The notes under the pieces are model-generated. The model was not told the origin of the DNA, ran no database searches, and worked only from the letters and a program-made list of their open reading frames with translations. A program made the translations under genes and the position numbers. This document shows positions 62,115 to 64,000 of a stretch of DNA of 64,000 bases, in pieces. The stretch comes from an uncultured Nitrososphaeraceae archaeon (lineage in GTDB: Archaea > Thermoproteota > Nitrososphaeria > Nitrososphaerales > Nitrososphaeraceae): NCBI GenBank assembly GCA_963825865.1, contig CAWGVG010000060.1, forward strand, positions 205,929-269,928. The letters are read 5' to 3'. Position 1 is the stretch's first letter. Each line of letters starts with the position of its first letter.

Positions 62115-62313
62115 TGGATCGTTCTCGAAGTCCGCACAACACCAATGCACCGCAGGCAATACTGTTTCAAGTCGGAATAGGTTCATGCGCGCGCATCCGG
62201 CGTTCAGCCGGGTGCAGGATCAGTTCGGCTGAGCCGTAGAGCACCGGTCGCCATTGATCGGCGAGCCAGTCAGTTTACGAGTAGCAAATCCAATCGATCC
62301 GGGGAGTGGCACG

Positions 62314-62871
62314 ATGAAAACAGAACAGCTGAAGATGTTGGCTGGCGAGCTTTACGATCCAATGGATCCCGAGCTAGTTGCGGCGCGAACACATGCGCGA
62401 GACCTATGTCAGGCGCTGAACGCAACGCAAGAAGTGGAACACGAGAAACGGCGGCAAATCCTGCACGAGCTGTTCGGCGCCGGTGGCGACACCGTGTGGA
62501 TGCAGCCGCCCTTCTTCTGCGACTATGGCTCTAACATCAAGCTCGGAGAGCGGGTTTTCTTCAACTTCAACTGCGTCGTGCTCGACGTTTGTCCAGTGCA
62601 GATCGGCAGCTTCACCCTCTTTGGCCCGGCGGTGCAGGTCTACACTCCGATGCATCCATTCAACGCCGAGCAGCGCCGTCGAGAAGAGTTCGGTAGACCG
62701 GTAGTCATCGGGTCGGACGTTTGGGTGGGCGGCGGAGCGATCATTTTGCCGGGCGTGCGTATTGGGAACCGAGCGGTGATTGGGGCTGGAAGCGTGGTGA
62801 CACGTGATATTCCAGAGCGCGTGTTTGCCGCAGGAAACCCGTGCCGCGTAGTCCGCGAAATCACAGAATAA
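62314..62871 (+). CDS. maa: Maltose/galactoside O-acetyltransferase
   Basis: KMLAGELYDP.DPEL, PPFFCDYGSNI, hexapeptide repeats, GAGSVVTRDIP, AGNPCRVVR. Confidence 0.93.
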   Translation: MKTEQLKMLAGELYDPMDPELVAARTHARDLCQALNATQEVEHEKRRQILHELFGAGGDTVWMQPPFFCDYGSNIKLGERVFFNFNCVVLDVCPVQIGSFTLFGPAVQVYTPMHPFNAEQRRREEFGRPVVIGSDVWVGGGAIILPGVRIGNRAVIGAGSVVTRDIPERVFAAGNPCRVVREITE

Positions 62872-62979
62872 ACGTTATCGCCCTTGAGGCGCTGTGGTAT
62901 AATACCCGGCGGGTCTCTGCCCCTTCACCCGCCGGGCTTAGTTGAAAGCGAACGAGACATCGGGTTCAGAAATCAGAAC

Positions 62980-63966
62980 TCAGGTCGGGATCGGAATGAG
63001 TGTCATCCCTTCTGGATAGTAGCGGAAACCATCACCCTGCTTTGCCACATGACCGATCCCTGGCCACGCGAAGTGATAGGCCAGCAGGAGTGTCTTATTC
63101 TCCGCCAGCGTGTTCAGTATTCGCACCCGACTTTTCGCCGACTGCTTGGGATCGGTATCGTACATGAACTCGGTCAGCGGCTTCTCCAGCAGTATGACCG
63201 GATGATGAGCAAGGTCGCCGACATAGCAAAGTGACTCCTTGCCGGAATTGATCATGAATACCGTGTGCCCGACCGTGTGGCCCGGCGCTAAGATCGCATG
63301 AACGCCAGGCAGGATCTCTTCGCCATCTTTGATGAAATGCATTCGGTCCTTATTCGGCGAGAGGTTTTTGCGCGCCGTCTCGAGAAAGACTTTGAATTCG
63401 GACGGTACTTTGGTTTCGTCAGTCCAGAAATCGTAGTCAGCCTGGGTGATGAAGTACTCGGCATTCGGGAAGTGACGCGATCCATCGTCGGCCATGCAAC
63501 CGCCACAGTGGTCGATGTGCGCGTGCGTCATCACGACCGCATCGATGTCCTTCGGATCGAACCCTGCGGTCTTGAGGCTGCTCATGAGCTTGCCGGTTGT
63601 CGGGCCGAACAGCGTTAGGCTTCCCATCCCAGTGTCGAAGAGTATGAGTTTGTCACCCGTGTTGACCACCAATGCATTCTGCTCAAGCACCGCGTTTGAG
63701 AGGGGCAGGAAGTTGTCGGTGAGCTGCCTGTCCATCTCCGCCGGAGTGAGGCCGAGGAAGTTCTTGTGCGGGTCGCCGAGCGGAAGCGGCCCATCGGAAA
63801 CTATCGTCGCTTGAAAGGCGCCTATGTTAAAGCGATAGAATGGCGGTGCCTGGCTATCGAGTTTGGGCGCCTTAGCGAAGCTTGGGTTTATGGACGCGAG
63901 CGTCCCGGCTGCGGAGGCTCCGATCAACAAGTTCCGACGGGATAGCATCGTAGTGCTTTTTGTCAT
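62980..63966 (-). CDS. Tat-exported MBL-fold metallo-hydrolase (lactonase/phosphotriesterase-like)
   Basis: SRRNLL Tat motif; THAHIDHCGG, PGHTVGH, GDL, YHFAWPG. Confidence 0.92.
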   Translation of the reverse strand: MTKSTTMLSRRNLLIGASAAGTLASINPSFAKAPKLDSQAPPFYRFNIGAFQATIVSDGPLPLGDPHKNFLGLTPAEMDRQLTDNFLPLSNAVLEQNALVVNTGDKLILFDTGMGSLTLFGPTTGKLMSSLKTAGFDPKDIDAVVMTHAHIDHCGGCMADDGSRHFPNAEYFITQADYDFWTDETKVPSEFKVFLETARKNLSPNKDRMHFIKDGEEILPGVHAILAPGHTVGHTVFMINSGKESLCYVGDLAHHPVILLEKPLTEFMYDTDPKQSAKSRVRILNTLAENKTLLLAYHFAWPGIGHVAKQGDGFRYYPEGMTLIPIPT

Positions 63967-64000
63967 TTGTTACTCCCTTCTTTGGCGCTTATGCGCCGCG

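Noticed and set aside
59662-63814. Many overlapping alternative ORFs in the GC-rich segment
   Set aside because: Stop-codon scarcity at high GC; no motifs; they overlap recognised genes

Overview
Positions 1 to ~59,650 are AT-rich DNA whose genes point to a soil ammonia-oxidising archaeon (Nitrososphaeraceae, Thaumarchaeota). Supporting genes include UPF0147, an XPB/Rad25 helicase, a COG1361 S-layer-type protein, and expanded PQQ sugar dehydrogenase, RTX and DUF2382 families. Many genes are split by 1-2 nt frameshifts, probably a mix of long-read error and real decay, and many intergenic stretches are gene remnants joined at chimeric junctions. Main blocks: (i) a bacterial-style RidA gene behind a canonical 59-bp integron attC site (4154-4680); (ii) DEAD-box helicase, nitroreductase and an RTX/ABC/COG1361 cell-surface block; (iii) an unannotated HiPIP-like gene broken by an 8-bp duplication; (iv) a putative stress/desiccation cluster (DUF2382 x2, phasin-like-DUF2795, CsbD-like); (v) a surface-glycan/EPS locus (two GH26-like hydrolases, WecB, GT2 remnant, GT-C glycosyltransferase fused to a PQQ sugar dehydrogenase) whose promoters share a TTAAC-N3-GTTAA palindrome; (vi) PepN, an IS5 stub and a GC-rich S10 peptidase. 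From ~59,700 the sequence switches abruptly to GC-rich, frameshift-free Bradyrhizobium-like DNA (gcrA-like, orphan antitoxin, DUF3551, maa, Tat-exported MBL hydrolase), most likely a chimeric join. All family assignments are motif recognition by eye; no database searches were run.
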